From Batkoa obscura (lineage: Eukaryota), in contig JASVEC010000003.1 in NCBI GenBank assembly GCA_030770535.1, forward strand, positions 62,001 to 126,000: a DNA stretch of 64,000 nt, read 5' to 3'. The stretch's first letter is position 1; each line of letters starts with the position of its first letter. Positions 47,548 to 60,483 of this stretch are shown piece after piece. A program made the position numbers and the translations under genes. Under the pieces are notes generated by a model. That model did no database searches. It worked only from the letters and a program-made list of their open reading frames with translations, and had not been told where the DNA came from.

Positions 47548-47881
47548 TTAATGTTTAGCAGGGGTAGAGTCGTTTTCAGCGGCTTTAAGGAATTCTTGAA
47601 TGAAAGCCTCTTCTTCGTTTGAAGAAGCATTGATCTTAGGTTCAGGTAATTTGTTATCGGTCTTAGAAGATCCACCTTTAGCTGAATAAATACCAAAACC
47701 TAAAGCGGCCCAAGTACCAAATACTAACTAAATTAAAAATAAGTTCCTTTTATTCATGATAAATATTTCAAATATTGATTGTTAAAAATAGTTCATCTAG
47801 CGATTGAGTATGTGAGTAAAGGTAAGCACTTACGTATTCACTTGCAATTTTTTGTCCAAAGATTTTATAGTAAGCTCCCAT
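47548..47881 (-). CDS. ATP19: Mitochondrial ATP synthase subunit k (2 exons)
   Basis: MGAYYKIFGQKIASEY|LVFGTWAALGFGIYSA...PKINASSNEEEAFIQEFLKAAE matches the fungal subunit k pattern. Confidence 0.85.
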
Positions 47882-48152
47882 ATTATGAAACACGTCTTTT
47901 ATGAAGTTGAATGTAATAACTAATCTGATAGAAGTTATACACTCGATTAAACTCAAGCCAATAAGATTCCAAAGCATGGAATCTATGGATTATTTCGTTT
48001 AGCCATAAGTTATGGGATTTTTTATTCAATTTACTCATTGCAATTGATGTTTAATTTTTGCAATTCTAGTTTTTGCAATGTTTACGTCAGCTAACTCTTT
48101 TAGCTAAAAATCACTAAGCACTAATTTAAGTTTTTATAATATTTTTACTAAA

Positions 48153-49215
48153 ATGGCCAATTTAGCTCAATTACATGAACAATTAAAAAGAGAATATGAA
48201 AATAAAGATCCCAATGCTTTAACTACCTTGAGTGCTATCAAAGTAATTTTATTTAATTTATAATTTCTAAAATAAATTTATAATTTAACATTAGTTAGAA
48301 TTGATTAAAAATTCATTCTTAACTCCAGCATCAACTTTAAACTATGAACAAAAAGTAGCAGTTCGTAAGTGGAATAAATAAACAGTATTAATGAATAGGT
48401 ATTAATTCCATTATTAAATAGGTGATGTTTTAGAAATAGGAGCTTTAGTTAATATTAATGAGAATGACATTCAGGGTTTTGAACGTTTATATTCTCAGCT
48501 TCAAACTTATTATATTGATCATAGGTAAAAAAGTAGTACAAAAAAATTCAAGCTATTTACAGCCCATCTATAAAAAACAGAAGCTAAAAAAATATATTTA
48601 GAGATTCATTACCACCATCACCAAGAGAAAATAAGTTAAAAGGGTTATATCTTATGAGTTTATTGGCACAAAATCAAATTTCAACATTTCATCTTACATT
48701 GGAAGGGATTCCATCGGATTTATTGGAAAATAACGAATATCTTATGCACCCAGTAAATTTAGAAAAAGCATTAATGGAAGGGAGTTATAATAAAGTATTA
48801 AATGCACGTGAAACAGTACCATCCAATGAGTTTATTTATTTTATGGACTTTTTAGCTCTTACTATTAGGTAATGTACTAATTGGATTTTAATATGCAATC
48901 CTAATTTTATTAAATAGAGATGAGATTGCTAGTTGTTGCGAGAAAGCTTATAAAAGCCTTCCTATTCAACAAGTTAGCAGTATGCTCTTTTTCAAAAAGA
49001 ATGAAGAAGTAGTGAAATTAGCTAAACAAGTAAGTTATTATTTTCATTTCATGAGGATTAAAATTAATAATTTTTAGCGTGGGTGGGTGATTAATATTGA
49101 TCAAAGAGTTCAATTCAAAACAGCACAACAAAGCGATGATACTTCAGCTGTTCCAGTTAATCAAGTATTAGAACAAGCTATATTTTATGCAAAAGAAATG
49201 GAACGTATTGTTTAG
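48153..49215 (+). CDS. RPN12: 26S proteasome lid subunit Rpn12
   Basis: RDVLEIGA, FERLYSQLQTYY, GLYLMSLLAQNQISTFH, LEKALMEGSYNKV, TIRDEIA and YAKEMERIV* motifs. Confidence 0.94.
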
Positions 49216-49831
49216 GTTTTAATAAAGGTTCTTTTTTAGCCGAGTAATAAACTTGTTTGTTAACTTCAATTGTATTGTTAATTTCTAAAGGGTAATATCT
49301 TAGCATTATATATAAATAGTTATCATGTAAGTTTACTGCTTTAAAATTTTTATGAAATTAGTTTATTAGCAAATGAAATTATCTGAGTGAAATACAAATT
49401 TAATCTATTCACAAACATCAATAATACTATTAATTTATAAGTTTAGCATGTATGATTAAGATCATGATTTAAGATTGCTAATTAGTACAGCAATCCTTGT
49501 ATAAATGATAACAATACTGTCATTGGAACAAAATACTACTCCTTATAATAAACATTTTTTAGATTTCAAATAGATTATATAAATGTATAAAAAATAAAAT
49601 CGTATATATTGAAACATTATAACAATTAACTTTTATATTCAAGCAATTGCTTATCGAAATACTATAGTGATACACAAACTACGTTTAAGATATATTCTGA
49701 AAATCAAAATCAAATTGAATTTTAATTTATTTCTATTTCTAAGATACTTTAGCCCTTGAAATTGATGAAACAGTTTGAAAGCAGTCAAGATTCAAACAAT
49801 TCATAGCTAAAAAATACTCAATAAGATCCGA

Positions 49832-50410
49832 TTATAAACGACGAGGCTTTGGAGGACGACAACCGTTATGAGGGATAGGGGTAGTATCTGTAACACGAGC
49901 TACTGGCCAATCGGTATTAGAACGAATAGATCTAAAAACCGCCTCTCTACCTGGACCAAACCCTTTAAATTTAACCAACAATTCACTAACATTTTGTCTC
50001 TTTAACTTTGTTTTTTCCACTAATTGAACAGCAGCTTGATAAGCAGCTTCAAACCCAGCTCTTTGTGCTTTTTTAAACCCAGCTGTACCACTAGAAGCAG
50101 TTGCAATCACTTGGTCTTTAGAGTTACATAGAGTTAGAATGGTATTGTTTAATGAACAATGAACATTTAATACATGGGAATAAGAGCTATCATTGTCAAG
50201 CTTTAACTTATTTTTTCTGGACTTCTTTTCAACTGGGGTAGTTTCTTTTAAAATTGGAAACTCGTTTAAAATACTACCCTTTCCTTCAGTTGTATTTAAA
50301 TGTCTAATTGAATTTGAAAAGCTTCTGTTGATGGTAATGACTGGTGAAATATTTTTCTTAAAGCTTGTTAAAGCAAAGGATATTAATTGATTTGCTTTGT
50401 TTAAACTCAT
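49832..50410 (-). CDS. Mitochondrial ribosomal protein uS11m
   Basis: S11 motifs SLNNTILT, SSGTAGFKKAQR, KGFGPGRE and DTTPIPHNGCRPPKPRRL; basic N-terminal presequence from the ATG at 50410. Confidence 0.92.
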   Translation of the reverse strand: MSLNKANQLISFALTSFKKNISPVITINRSFSNSIRHLNTTEGKGSILNEFPILKETTPVEKKSRKNKLKLDNDSSYSHVLNVHCSLNNTILTLCNSKDQVIATASSGTAGFKKAQRAGFEAAYQAAVQLVEKTKLKRQNVSELLVKFKGFGPGREAVFRSIRSNTDWPVARVTDTTPIPHNGCRPPKPRRL

Positions 50411-50587
50411 CTTATTTTTGATTGCTGAACAAAAGCTCAAAGTTAAGATTTGAATTGTTTAATAAAATGATAAAGTTGTTTTATTGGTTTAAACTATAAA
50501 AGCAATTTAATTTAGTTTTGAACTTTCTAATGTGAATAATATGTAATTTATATAAAAATTGCTACATTGAAAATCAAAAACACAAAA

Positions 50588-50660
50588 GGTCCCGTGGCCC
50601 AATGGATAAGGCGCTTGTCTACGGAACAAGCGATTCCAGGTTCGATCCCTGGCGGGATCA
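50588..50660 (+). tRNA. tRNA-Arg (ACG)
   Basis: Identical to the 34715-34787 copy; TTTT terminator follows shortly after. Confidence 0.96.
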
Positions 50661-51464
50661 TCTCTACCTTTTCCTGCAAAGGTAAAACTAAAAAAACCCT
50701 TATTTTTATGTAGTTGAATCTGAATAGTTTTACTATCTTTCTTAAACAAAAACATTAATAGTATGGGGTTGTATTTCTTTGTTTAAAAATTCTATTAACA
50801 ATCTTTTCACTCAAATAGTATTTAAAATGGGGGATAATTCAATGTAATTAGAAATTTTATTTGCAAAATGTTGTTTTATTTAGATTTCATTTGATAGTTA
50901 TTAATATTTGTTTAGAAATGAACTAAAAAATATATGGGGATGTATTTTTTTGTTTACCAATTTTACTACCAATTTTTCCGCTTAAATAGCACTTAAAAAA
51001 TGGAAAATAATGAAACCAAAAAAAAACACCCTCATATTGAACATTCTTCTCTTTTCTTAAAGCCTAGTTAGCTTAATCACTATCTTCATTAATTAAATAT
51101 TAAAAGTTTCTGTTCCTTTAAGATGTTTGAAAAAGGACATTTTTGCATTACCTTTTTATAAATAGTTGATTTATTACTGTTTGAAAAACAAATATACTTT
51201 ATTTGTAATTTAAAATAAATAAAAATAGAAATGATCTATTGTTAAATAAGGGGTTTAATAACTATTTCATAAACTTTAAGATACATAATAAATTTCAACA
51301 TACTTTATATAAAGTATATTTTGTTTTGTCAAAATAGTTTAGTAACCCCACAGAACAAACTCAGTTTATGTTATTCAATAAATTAAAACTCAAACAATAT
51401 CAAATAATCCCACCGCTTCAAAGTTCCAATTATTTATTTAAAGAAAGAGAATAAAAAATAAATC

Positions 51465-51845
51465 TCAAGGTAAATAATGAATTTTCAAAAAGATTTTACC
51501 ACTTTGTTTATGACCTTGATAAAGTTGATACCAGCCCTCAATCGAACCCTCTGAAAAAATATTGTTCGAAGGAATAGAAACAGAACCAATAAAATCATCC
51601 CTTAATAAATCTTCATCCCATACTTCAATTTCTATTTTATCTCCTTTTTCTAACCTTAAATGGAACGTTTCTTCCCAAGTACAATGACTACCTGCATTCC
51701 TTTTTACCGAAGTTTTATATTCTTGTTGCTTAATTTTCACTTTAGCATAAGCGTCGTTCTTTCCCAGTATGGGCATATCCATATTTTTTAATTCTTTAGC
51801 TTTGACTATCGTTATTCCTATATTGATTATATCATCCGTGTCCAT
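51465..51845 (-). CDS. Stand-alone C2-domain protein, copy B
   Basis: Protein identical to 33530-33910. Confidence 0.92.
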   Translation of the reverse strand: MDTDDIINIGITIVKAKELKNMDMPILGKNDAYAKVKIKQQEYKTSVKRNAGSHCTWEETFHLRLEKGDKIEIEVWDEDLLRDDFIGSVSIPSNNIFSEGSIEGWYQLYQGHKQSGKIFLKIHYLP

Positions 51846-52295
51846 TTTATTGAAATTGAATGTTTATTTTTATTAAAAAGTAAAAGTTAATATTTGAAAT
51901 CAATAGATTTTTATAAGCCAATTATTCAAGCCACGTAAAATCTAAAACATAAAACTACACTTTTAAAAAGATGAGATTAATTTAAAGACACAATACTACA
52001 TTATTAACTTTAATTAAGAACTGAAAGATTGAATTAAGAACGAATCATTGACTATATGACCTTGTAGTTTACAACAAATATTAAGTTCTATTGCATTAAC
52101 TACTATTCACTTCATATGAATTCAAAGTGCTTTAAAAGCTTGGGAAGTATGATGAGATTCAATGTTATTACTTATTGAAAATATTCGAATATTCAATATG
52201 GAAAATAAATACAAGTTAAATATAGAAAAATAGTTTATTAAATAAAAGTCAAAAGTATTTAAAAAAGCAAGTGTAAGTGTTCACTCATGGGGCTG

Positions 52296-52349
<54 letters not shown>

Positions 52350-52543
52350 TTTTAGATTGCAGGTATTTGAAACAGTATATAAATAGATCAATAGAAACCA
52401 CTTTGAAAAGTGGGGATATGTTCAAGATGGCAAGCGCATTCTCAGTTTCTTAGTAAGAGTAGTTTTAAAAACAAATTTCTTAGAGTAGATCCTATGTTTC
52501 ATATGATCGAGCGATATCAATATCCAATTTTAAGGGAAGCGAG

Positions 52544-52903
52544 CTAAAAGCGATATTTCTTAGAAGCTGCAATGAACTCTAAATGACAAGGTATTACTTG
52601 TTTTCTTTTGTTTAAGATACAAGTAAAAGCATCTTTTTCATTTTTAGCTTTGTCACTAAGAACCCGTTTGATTATTGCTAATACTTTATCTGTTTGCGTT
52701 TGTATCATCTTTTTATTTCTTCTAGGTTGAAATTTTTGTTGAATAGTAGCTTTTGTTTCATTTAACGTTAATGAATGAACTCTACCTATTAATTGGTCCA
52801 TGTCTTTAGAAGTGATTCTATCAGCAAGTGATAAAGTTTCCATTCTAGAGCAGAGCTTATCAATGAAATTGTTATTGTTGGGTTTGCTTGTAAATTTTGG
52901 CAT
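52544..52903 (-). CDS. 119-aa basic orphan protein, copy B
   Basis: Paralogue of 32472-32831, same length, 46 substitutions. Confidence 0.75.
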   Translation of the reverse strand: MPKFTSKPNNNNFIDKLCSRMETLSLADRITSKDMDQLIGRVHSLTLNETKATIQQKFQPRRNKKMIQTQTDKVLAIIKRVLSDKAKNEKDAFTCILNKRKQVIPCHLEFIAASKKYRF

Positions 52904-54018
52904 TGTGACTAGAAGATAGAAGTGAAATTAATATAATTGAAGCGATGGTGGTATAAAGTTAAAGTAAAAAGGGATTCAAGCCAAAAAATTAAAATGGATT
53001 TTAAAAATTGAAATTAACAATTTGACTACTTTCGCTTGTGTTTTATACTTTTTGAATTTTGTTAAATCCAAAATTTCAAATCCAAATTCTATTTTTATTT
53101 GAAAATCCATTTGACCATAAAATTATGTGATCACCCTGAAACATAACCAGTTATTATGAATATTAAGCTTGGTTTTGAGTCCATCATAAAGAATAAAAAC
53201 ATCATTCAATCTTTAGCAATTGTTAATTGGATTCAAGTTATCCAATTAAAAAGTAGCATATGTCTAATTTACTACGGCTACTAAGAAATGAAAATGTATA
53301 TTTTATAAATGCTTTTAGCAAAAAATATAAAAAAAATGCATTAAAAAGTCAAAGCTATTAGATTTAATTAAATTTGCATTAAAGTTTGTAAAAAGAGTTT
53401 TTTTAATTTTATAATAAATTTTAATAAAAAATCAATATTGAAATTTTTTACAAGTTTTTTTATTAAAACAAATATTTAAATAAAATAAATTTATAAAAAG
53501 TTCCAAGTTTTATTTTATTTAAATGTTTTATAAAATTTAGTGCTTTGTGATTAAAACTAAATTCTATTTTTAATTAATTAATTAGTTATAATTAATAAGC
53601 TTTAGTTTACATAACTAAGGTAAGTAGATTATAAAAAATAATATGTAATAAGTTGTAAATTATATAAAACAAATAAAGTAAAAAACATAAGGATGTACTT
53701 TTATGTTTAGAAATTTTACTAATAATTTTTTTGCTTAAATGGCATTTAAAAATTAAAAAAACACCTTTATATAATTATATAATTTATATAAAATATTTAT
53801 AAAAACTTTAAACTAATTACGCATAAATTTTTTACTTACATCATTATTTTTAAAAAATAATTTTAAAATATAAAATATAAAATTAAAATAAGCTTAAATA
53901 AAGACTTTTAAAAACTATTTAATAAAATTTTAATTTATTTTATATAATATAATTATTAATTTTATTAATTTAACTTTTATCATTTAAAATAAAAAATAAA
54001 TAGCTTTATTTAGTATAT

Positions 54019-54116
54019 GGGGGTGTTTTTTTTAGCTTCATCATTTTTTCCATTTTTAAGCGCTATTTGAGTGGAAAAATTGTTAGTGAAATTCTTAAAC
54101 ACAAAAATACATTCCC
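54019..54116. mobile_element. MITE family copy
   Basis: ATAT-GGGGGTGTTTTT...AAAATACATTCCC-ATAT. Confidence 0.8.
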
Positions 54117-54121
54117 ATATA

Positions 54122-54730
54122 GATTTAAGCTCATGTATAAATACAAAAAGTTGTGCCAGAAAACTAAAATTTTAAATGTCTTAAGCTAAATAAAATAAAA
54201 TAAAATAAAATAAAATAAAATAAAATAAAATAATTATTTAAAAAACCTTTAGTATACAAAGTAAATCTGAAAAGCAGCGCTATCTAACACATATAATCAT
54301 GTATTAATTGATATACTTTAAGAGCTTTTATATTTAATCTAGTTTTATTGAAAATAAATTAAATTCTTTAGAATTTATTGCTTTACTCTTGTTTTCAGCT
54401 AGCTTTTTAAAAAAACTGGAGAATGTAGCGACCTTATATATTGATACTTTGTTATTATAAATTGCTTTATTTTAATAATATACATTATTTATATAATTTT
54501 TTTTTCAATATATGCTAAATTTTATAAATTTTCATATTGGTAAAGTTATGCAAAAAATCTGTTTTTTTTTGATTAAGGAAATGCTTGATTTTAATTTAGT
54601 AATGTAAATTAAAAAGTAAATAAAATAAAGACTAATTTATTATATAAGTAAAAAAGGAATCATGTCAATAAGAAAACTTTATTTATAGTTTTCTGGTACA
54701 ACTTTTTGTATTTATACACGAGCTTAAATC
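54122..54730. mobile_element. ~610-bp non-autonomous TIR element
   Basis: About 45-bp terminal inverted repeats GATTTAAGCTC(A/G)TGTATAAATACAAAAAGTTGT(G/A)CCAGAAAACTA; non-coding interior. Confidence 0.6.
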
Positions 54731-55317
54731 CACGTTATTAAGTGCTTAAGTTTTTATAAATTTCATATTAAATAATCATCAAGTACTTCGATCTTGGATA
54801 TAGGAAGACTCTCCTTTCTCTCCTTTCTCTTACAGTTTATGTTGATCGTCTTTTATACTAAATAAAATATAGTCATTAAATACAATACTGAGAAAGTTTG
54901 TTGAACAATTTGTTTATTTTTAAAATTTAATAAAAAGTTAAAAAAATATTGTAAATCACTTTGGTTGTAACATGTAATTAAATGTAATGACATAAGGAAT
55001 TGTAATATAGTTGATAAAAGTAAAACAACAGGGATGTTGTATAACCCTTTTGAAATCATTCATATAAATTATTCGTATATTTTATATTCATAACTGCTTA
55101 AAAAACGCTATAAAACCCACCTGCATCTTATGTTTGCAACTATTATCTTTAATTTCTATCTTATCAATTACTTTACGATATCTATTTACTTTAAAAAACA
55201 GACAACAATTCTATTAAAAAACTACAATATATGTACTAAAGTTACTATAAAAACAAAAAAATCTAATCAATACTAAAACACAGCAAATAATCTTAGTATA
55301 CAATCACATTTATCACT

Positions 55318-55668
55318 TTAATAATAAACTTGGCTATAAATTTGAATAGAATAAACCAGTGGTGAATTATAGCGAAACACTCTAGAGCCACCAGTATAAG
55401 TACATTGTCCTTTACACCCATAGTCACTAAAAAATTGAACATTTTGATTGTAAGGTACTTTTACTTCATACACCGGCCCTTGTACCCCGAAGCATCCAGG
55501 TCCAGGACCTATTTCCGCTCGCTCGCCATTGGGTCGTATTATTACTATTTGAAATTAAAAGGTTAGTGAAAGTCTTTATTAAATATGGTATTAGTAGTTA
55601 CCAACTGGGTATTGAGCAAATGAGACACCGACAAAGGATGCAAGTAATAAGAAATGTGATTTAAGCAT
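55318..55668 (-). CDS. 97-aa small secreted protein (2 exons: 55668-55602, 55544-55318)
   Basis: Not in the ORF track. MLKSHFLLLASFVGVSFA-QYPVVIIRPNGERAEIGPGPGCFGVQGPVYEVKVPYNQNVQFFSDYGCKGQCTYTGGSRVFRYNSPLVYSIQIYSQVYY*; 57-nt GT-AG intron with a CTAAC branch site; GC-rich island. Confidence 0.8.
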
Positions 55669-56889
55669 GATCGTTAAAGTAGGTTGGATTGAATTTAGTA
55701 CCAGCTAAATATTTATAAGTAAGAGAGAACTGTAAATGAAATAAATAAATAAATGGTTGTTTATATAGCTTATTTATTAGTAATACTATATTTTTTATTT
55801 TCTTTGGCTGAATAAAACAATGAATCATTCGTGGGGGTTTTACTTGTATTTTTGGTGGCTAAGTGTATATTTTTACTTTTGTTTTGATCTACGTGGCTTT
55901 ATTATTTTACTTATTTTACTTATTTTACTTATTTTACTTATTTTACTTATTTTACTAACTTTTTAAAGTTTATTTACTGTTGTTTTATGGATTATTATTT
56001 AAATATTATTTTAGTATCATGACAATAAATGATATTAACTTTAAACTATTAATTTTTATTTTCGATTATTGATTTGAATTTTCAATATTATTTTTGAGCT
56101 CAATATCTCATGTCTCTAAATTACTTTTATACAAAAAATATACAAAAAGCCATTTTGTTTTTGAAGGAAAGCTATAATTTGACTGTATCAGTTATATACC
56201 TTCACTAATATTGATTTTTTAAATTTTCTTTTGGTATATTTAACCATACTTGAGACCCTTACTCATTCAAGCATCTAAAGTTCAGCTTAAAATAGCATAG
56301 AAAAATATTACATTTAATAGCATTATTACAAATATCAATCTCGTTAGTCAATTTCATATCATGTAATTAGTTATTAGTCTTTATTTTAATATGATAAAAT
56401 AAATCTGTTCTAATATCCAATTCCCCAGAAAACAAAGGGTAATTTAATTACTAAACAAAGTAAATTAAAGAATGCTAAATGATAGTAATAAGTATTTATT
56501 ATTATTGATAGCACTAGCAATGCTACTGACTAAAGTATAAAAACATTACATTTTTAAAAAAGAAGTTAACTTTAAGCAGTTAAAGACTTCATGTGGAAAT
56601 TAAAAGGATGAAAATAGAAATAAGACGTTAAAAATAGCTAAGTTGACTAAGAATTTTATTTTTCAAAAAATTAAGCTGGCACATTAATCTCCATACAAAT
56701 CGAACATTTTTAAAGACAACAGAAAAAAAGGTGAAATTTATTACACTAACGGAAAACTTTCGAGTTTTCTATTCCAAAAAAATAGTAACGGAAAATATGT
56801 AAAAATAATTGTATGAGTATATAAATATTTAAAAAAGCCTGCACTTTAACTATTATAAAAAATTATCTTTTATACTTATATATAAAAAA

Positions 56890-57678
56890 ATGAAATTCCT
56901 TCTCATAGCCTTATATACCAGCCAAATATTTGCTGCATTAAACCATTTTAATGGTAAAGAAGAGGGCGAAGATGGTATCGATAACAGCCAAGTGAGGAGT
57001 AAATTGGAACTAAACACTTCCTGCAATGCAATTTGTAATGAAAACCCATCTGGTGCCAACTCCATGGGTTGTTTTTGCTTTACACCCAATGGTCAATCTC
57101 AAGCTCAAGGAGTAGCGCTCCCAATGAATAACAATTTACCCAATACTAATGCCAACAATCGCAATTTACCCATTCAACCAACCTTAAACAATGTAAATAA
57201 TGCCAATGACGCAAACAGCGTCAATAATGCTAACACATCAAACGCCAATGTAGCTACAGTAGTAGTATTCACCACTATTAACCCACAAAATGGACAAGCT
57301 ATGCCACTTTCTACAAGCACGTTATTACCAGGACAAACCTTTTTACCTACTCCTTCCAATAATAATCAGCGTAATAACAAATGGATGCCAGCATTGAATA
57401 ATCATCCTAGTATTCAACAAATTAATAAGGGATGGAATAGTAATACTTACTTCCCTACCCCAAGTAATAAAAATTTTAATGCTTTATCGAGTAGTAGTAG
57501 ACAAGCTAGCTTATCAACTTCTATGGCTTTAAACAGTGCTTCAAAATCAATGAGTAAGGCTAGTTCTTCTATGAGCATGAATATGAAATCGATGGGAAAT
57601 AATACTTCTGGTTCAAGTTATAGTGTTTCCTATGGCTTTTCATTAATTGCTTTGGGTGCACTTTTAGTTCTATACTAA
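56890..57678 (+). CDS. Secreted, probably GPI-anchored low-complexity surface protein
   Basis: Signal peptide, 4-Cys motif CNAIC...CFC, N/T/S-rich body, small residues then a hydrophobic C-terminus (FSLIALGALLVLY). Confidence 0.78.
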   Translation: MKFLLIALYTSQIFAALNHFNGKEEGEDGIDNSQVRSKLELNTSCNAICNENPSGANSMGCFCFTPNGQSQAQGVALPMNNNLPNTNANNRNLPIQPTLNNVNNANDANSVNNANTSNANVATVVVFTTINPQNGQAMPLSTSTLLPGQTFLPTPSNNNQRNNKWMPALNNHPSIQQINKGWNSNTYFPTPSNKNFNALSSSSRQASLSTSMALNSASKSMSKASSSMSMNMKSMGNNTSGSSYSVSYGFSLIALGALLVLY

Positions 57679-59136
57679 GATTCTCTCTATTTTTAACCAA
57701 CACATTGCATCTATTTTTCCTCTTTCTTTGGCATGAGAAGATATATACTAAATATTAATAATCATAATAATTAAACATTTCATTTTCAAATAAAAAATAA
57801 AAAATAAAAATAAAATTTTTTATTAATTTTTAATTTACTCATTTTATTATCATAGAGATCAGTTTAATTAATATTACAATATCCATAGCCTTTGACTATA
57901 CTAAACTAATTCTTATGCTGCAGTAAATTAGTAATAGTATAGATGACAAGATAAATGTATATATTATATGAATAATAAATTATTTGACATTAGCAATGCT
58001 TCTTTATTTAGAAATTTAAAATATTGAATTCAACGTCAAAAAAAATAAATTTCGAATTTAGCCATATTTTTTGACATCAGTTAAGTTTGAATTTTGGACC
58101 CCTTTTAACGGTTACCCCGTGTTAATTGTACAACTCAATGAGGGTTATTACAAAATATAATTCATTTTTTATTCAATTATGGTCAGTTTTACAGCTTTAA
58201 ATCCTTGATCAAACAAAAAGTTGGGATATTAAAAAAGATTTACAGAAAGCTCAACTTCCTGATTATTAAGATGTAGCCAATTTTAACTTACCTATCTCTC
58301 AAATTCTATTTAACCTCTTGCTCCACTCACCCATAAAATCCTTCTGCTGCTATCCTTCTAGGTTTTGCTATACTTATTATCCCATCATTCATTTCCTCCT
58401 TAGCTGTTTAAAAATTATGGCAGTTGGGTTGACTTTTCTGAGTCTGTAACTAAAATCACTAGTATATGATGAGTTATTTAAAGCTATAAGTATAAGTAAC
58501 TAGTTTGTACCCTTGATTCCATAAGGTTTCTCGGCTCTTCTTAAGTTTGAGATATGGAAGGTTGGTAGTAAAATTGTCTTTGGAGTACTTTTTTGATATT
58601 GTTTTAAGCTTTATAATATGGTATGAAAGGAGTGAAAGATGTCAATTTTAGATTTATAAAGAGCTAATTTAAAAGTCTTAGAGCTATTTGGGTTTATTGG
58701 GCGGTAATGTCAGTAACAAAATTAAAGTTTATGGAGGTGGGTTTTGTTAATGATATGATGGGTTATGAAATTGAAGATACAAAATATATCGTGTACATCA
58801 AACCCAATAGGCATTACTAAAACAAACTTTACAGCTTGATGAAATAAACTATTGAATTATTTTAGCTACTATACTAAATAACATTTTATTAAGGTTCCAA
58901 AAGTTAAAACCCAAAAGTTAAAACCCAAAAGTTTATTATAACCTCTAGCGATATTTTTACATCACTATTGACCAATAATATCCTCATTTTTATGAACTTT
59001 ATAAATTTTAAATAAAAATGCATTGTAGTCATATATATATAAATATAAATATAAACTTTTTATTTTATTTTATTTTATTTTATTTTATTTTATTTCTTAT
59101 AGATCCTCAAAAATTGTTTTCTCATCTTTATAAAAA

Positions 59137-60483
59137 ATGAAGTTTGATCAACTACCAAGTGACTTATTATACGAGATATTCAAACAAACCAGTATTAGAG
59201 AACTTTTCAATTTACGCTTATTAAATAAAGGCTTATACAATGTTATAAAGAGGGCTATCAAGTTTAAACTAATTTATTCAAAGTACAGTGAAGATGACTT
59301 CAGAGAAGATGAGTTAGTAGACAGAAGTTTAAACTTTACGAACTTTATCAAATATCAACAAGAGTTTATTTTTAAAAATGGAGCGATCATAAAGCATTTG
59401 ATTGTAAATGATGACACTATTGATTGCATTAATTATTGCCCAAATTTAACAGCTATTACTTATTATGATTGTGTAACTAGGGTTTCCATCAATGATAGAA
59501 TTAAAATTCAATTGCTGAAATTGAAAAAAATCTTTATAGATGCTATTTTCAGTAATTCTTCTTCAACATTAAACTTGTTTGAGAAATATCTAAATCAAAT
59601 AGAAGATTTGGATATTAAATGTAACGCTGGAGGTATAAAGGATATTATCAAATGTTTAGATCCAAGTAAAATAAAGTCTCTTAAGATATTTTGTCGCACT
59701 ACTTTAAATTTTGATGAACTGGATAAAATTAAAACCGAGTTTATTAATCTGGAAGAATTATGTCTAAAAGTATATGATAATATCGAAGTCACTAATATGT
59801 TTAATCCAAACATTAACTTTGCTTCCTGTTTAAAGCTAGAAATCAAAGCTCCTTTTGGGACTAACTTTAATATCAGCTATTTTGGTGATCTTAGTAAAAT
59901 GAAGAAGATAAAATATATTGATTGTTCCAGCTCTTATTTGAAGACAAAGAAAAATGATATCATGAGCATGCTTGAAAATACCAATATCACTTCTTTAGAC
60001 CACTTGAATCTTTTTAAATTGGTAAATTATGATCTGTTAAATTTTTCAACATTAGAAGAAGTACATATTAGTCGTTTGACAAAAGAAATTTTAAAGACCA
60101 TTTCTTTAGTACCTACTATTCAAAAAATTCATATTGATTGTTTAAGGTACGCCATTAAAAGAGTAACAAAAGAGTTTAATTTTAATATAGATGAAACTGT
60201 CAATACCACCAGATGTGATGAATACAAATGTAAACATGTCAATCAAATTATAATTGAATTTGGCTATGGAACTAGACTTAGTGACTTTTTTTGTTTATTA
60301 GAATTTTTTCCAAATCTTAAAGCAATTAAGCTTATTGAATTTACGTTAAAAGATACAGATTTTGAGATTAACTATATGCTTACTACTCCTTTATTAATTA
60401 TTGCCCCTGATGTACCTACTATCGATAATGAGCTTTACAATAAACTCATAAATATTCCATTATTAACTTGGTTAAGTTTATAA
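59137..60483 (+). CDS. Intronless F-box protein with degenerate LRR-like repeats
   Basis: N-terminal FDQLPSDLLYEIF...LFNLRLLNKGLY F-box; CPNLTAI, LEELCL and FPNLKAIKL LRR-like motifs. Confidence 0.8.
   Translation: MKFDQLPSDLLYEIFKQTSIRELFNLRLLNKGLYNVIKRAIKFKLIYSKYSEDDFREDELVDRSLNFTNFIKYQQEFIFKNGAIIKHLIVNDDTIDCINYCPNLTAITYYDCVTRVSINDRIKIQLLKLKKIFIDAIFSNSSSTLNLFEKYLNQIEDLDIKCNAGGIKDIIKCLDPSKIKSLKIFCRTTLNFDELDKIKTEFINLEELCLKVYDNIEVTNMFNPNINFASCLKLEIKAPFGTNFNISYFGDLSKMKKIKYIDCSSSYLKTKKNDIMSMLENTNITSLDHLNLFKLVNYDLLNFSTLEEVHISRLTKEILKTISLVPTIQKIHIDCLRYAIKRVTKEFNFNIDETVNTTRCDEYKCKHVNQIIIEFGYGTRLSDFFCLLEFFPNLKAIKLIEFTLKDTDFEINYMLTTPLLIIAPDVPTIDNELYNKLINIPLLTWLSL

Larger units (their letters stand above)
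50545..53262 (-). repeat. Right arm of 2.7-kb inverted duplication
   Basis: Reverse complement of 32114-34830. Confidence 0.95.

Noticed and set aside
58100..58800. Possible gypsy integrase relic (PTFHISNLR on the minus strand)
   Set aside because: Single short motif with no GPY/F, chromodomain or DDE context; cannot be supported without a search.
54187..59094. Short tandem arrays (TAAAA)n, (TTATTTTAC)n and (TTTTA)n as CRISPR-like or telomeric repeats
   Set aside because: Simple AT-rich microsatellites without spacers, in a eukaryotic context.
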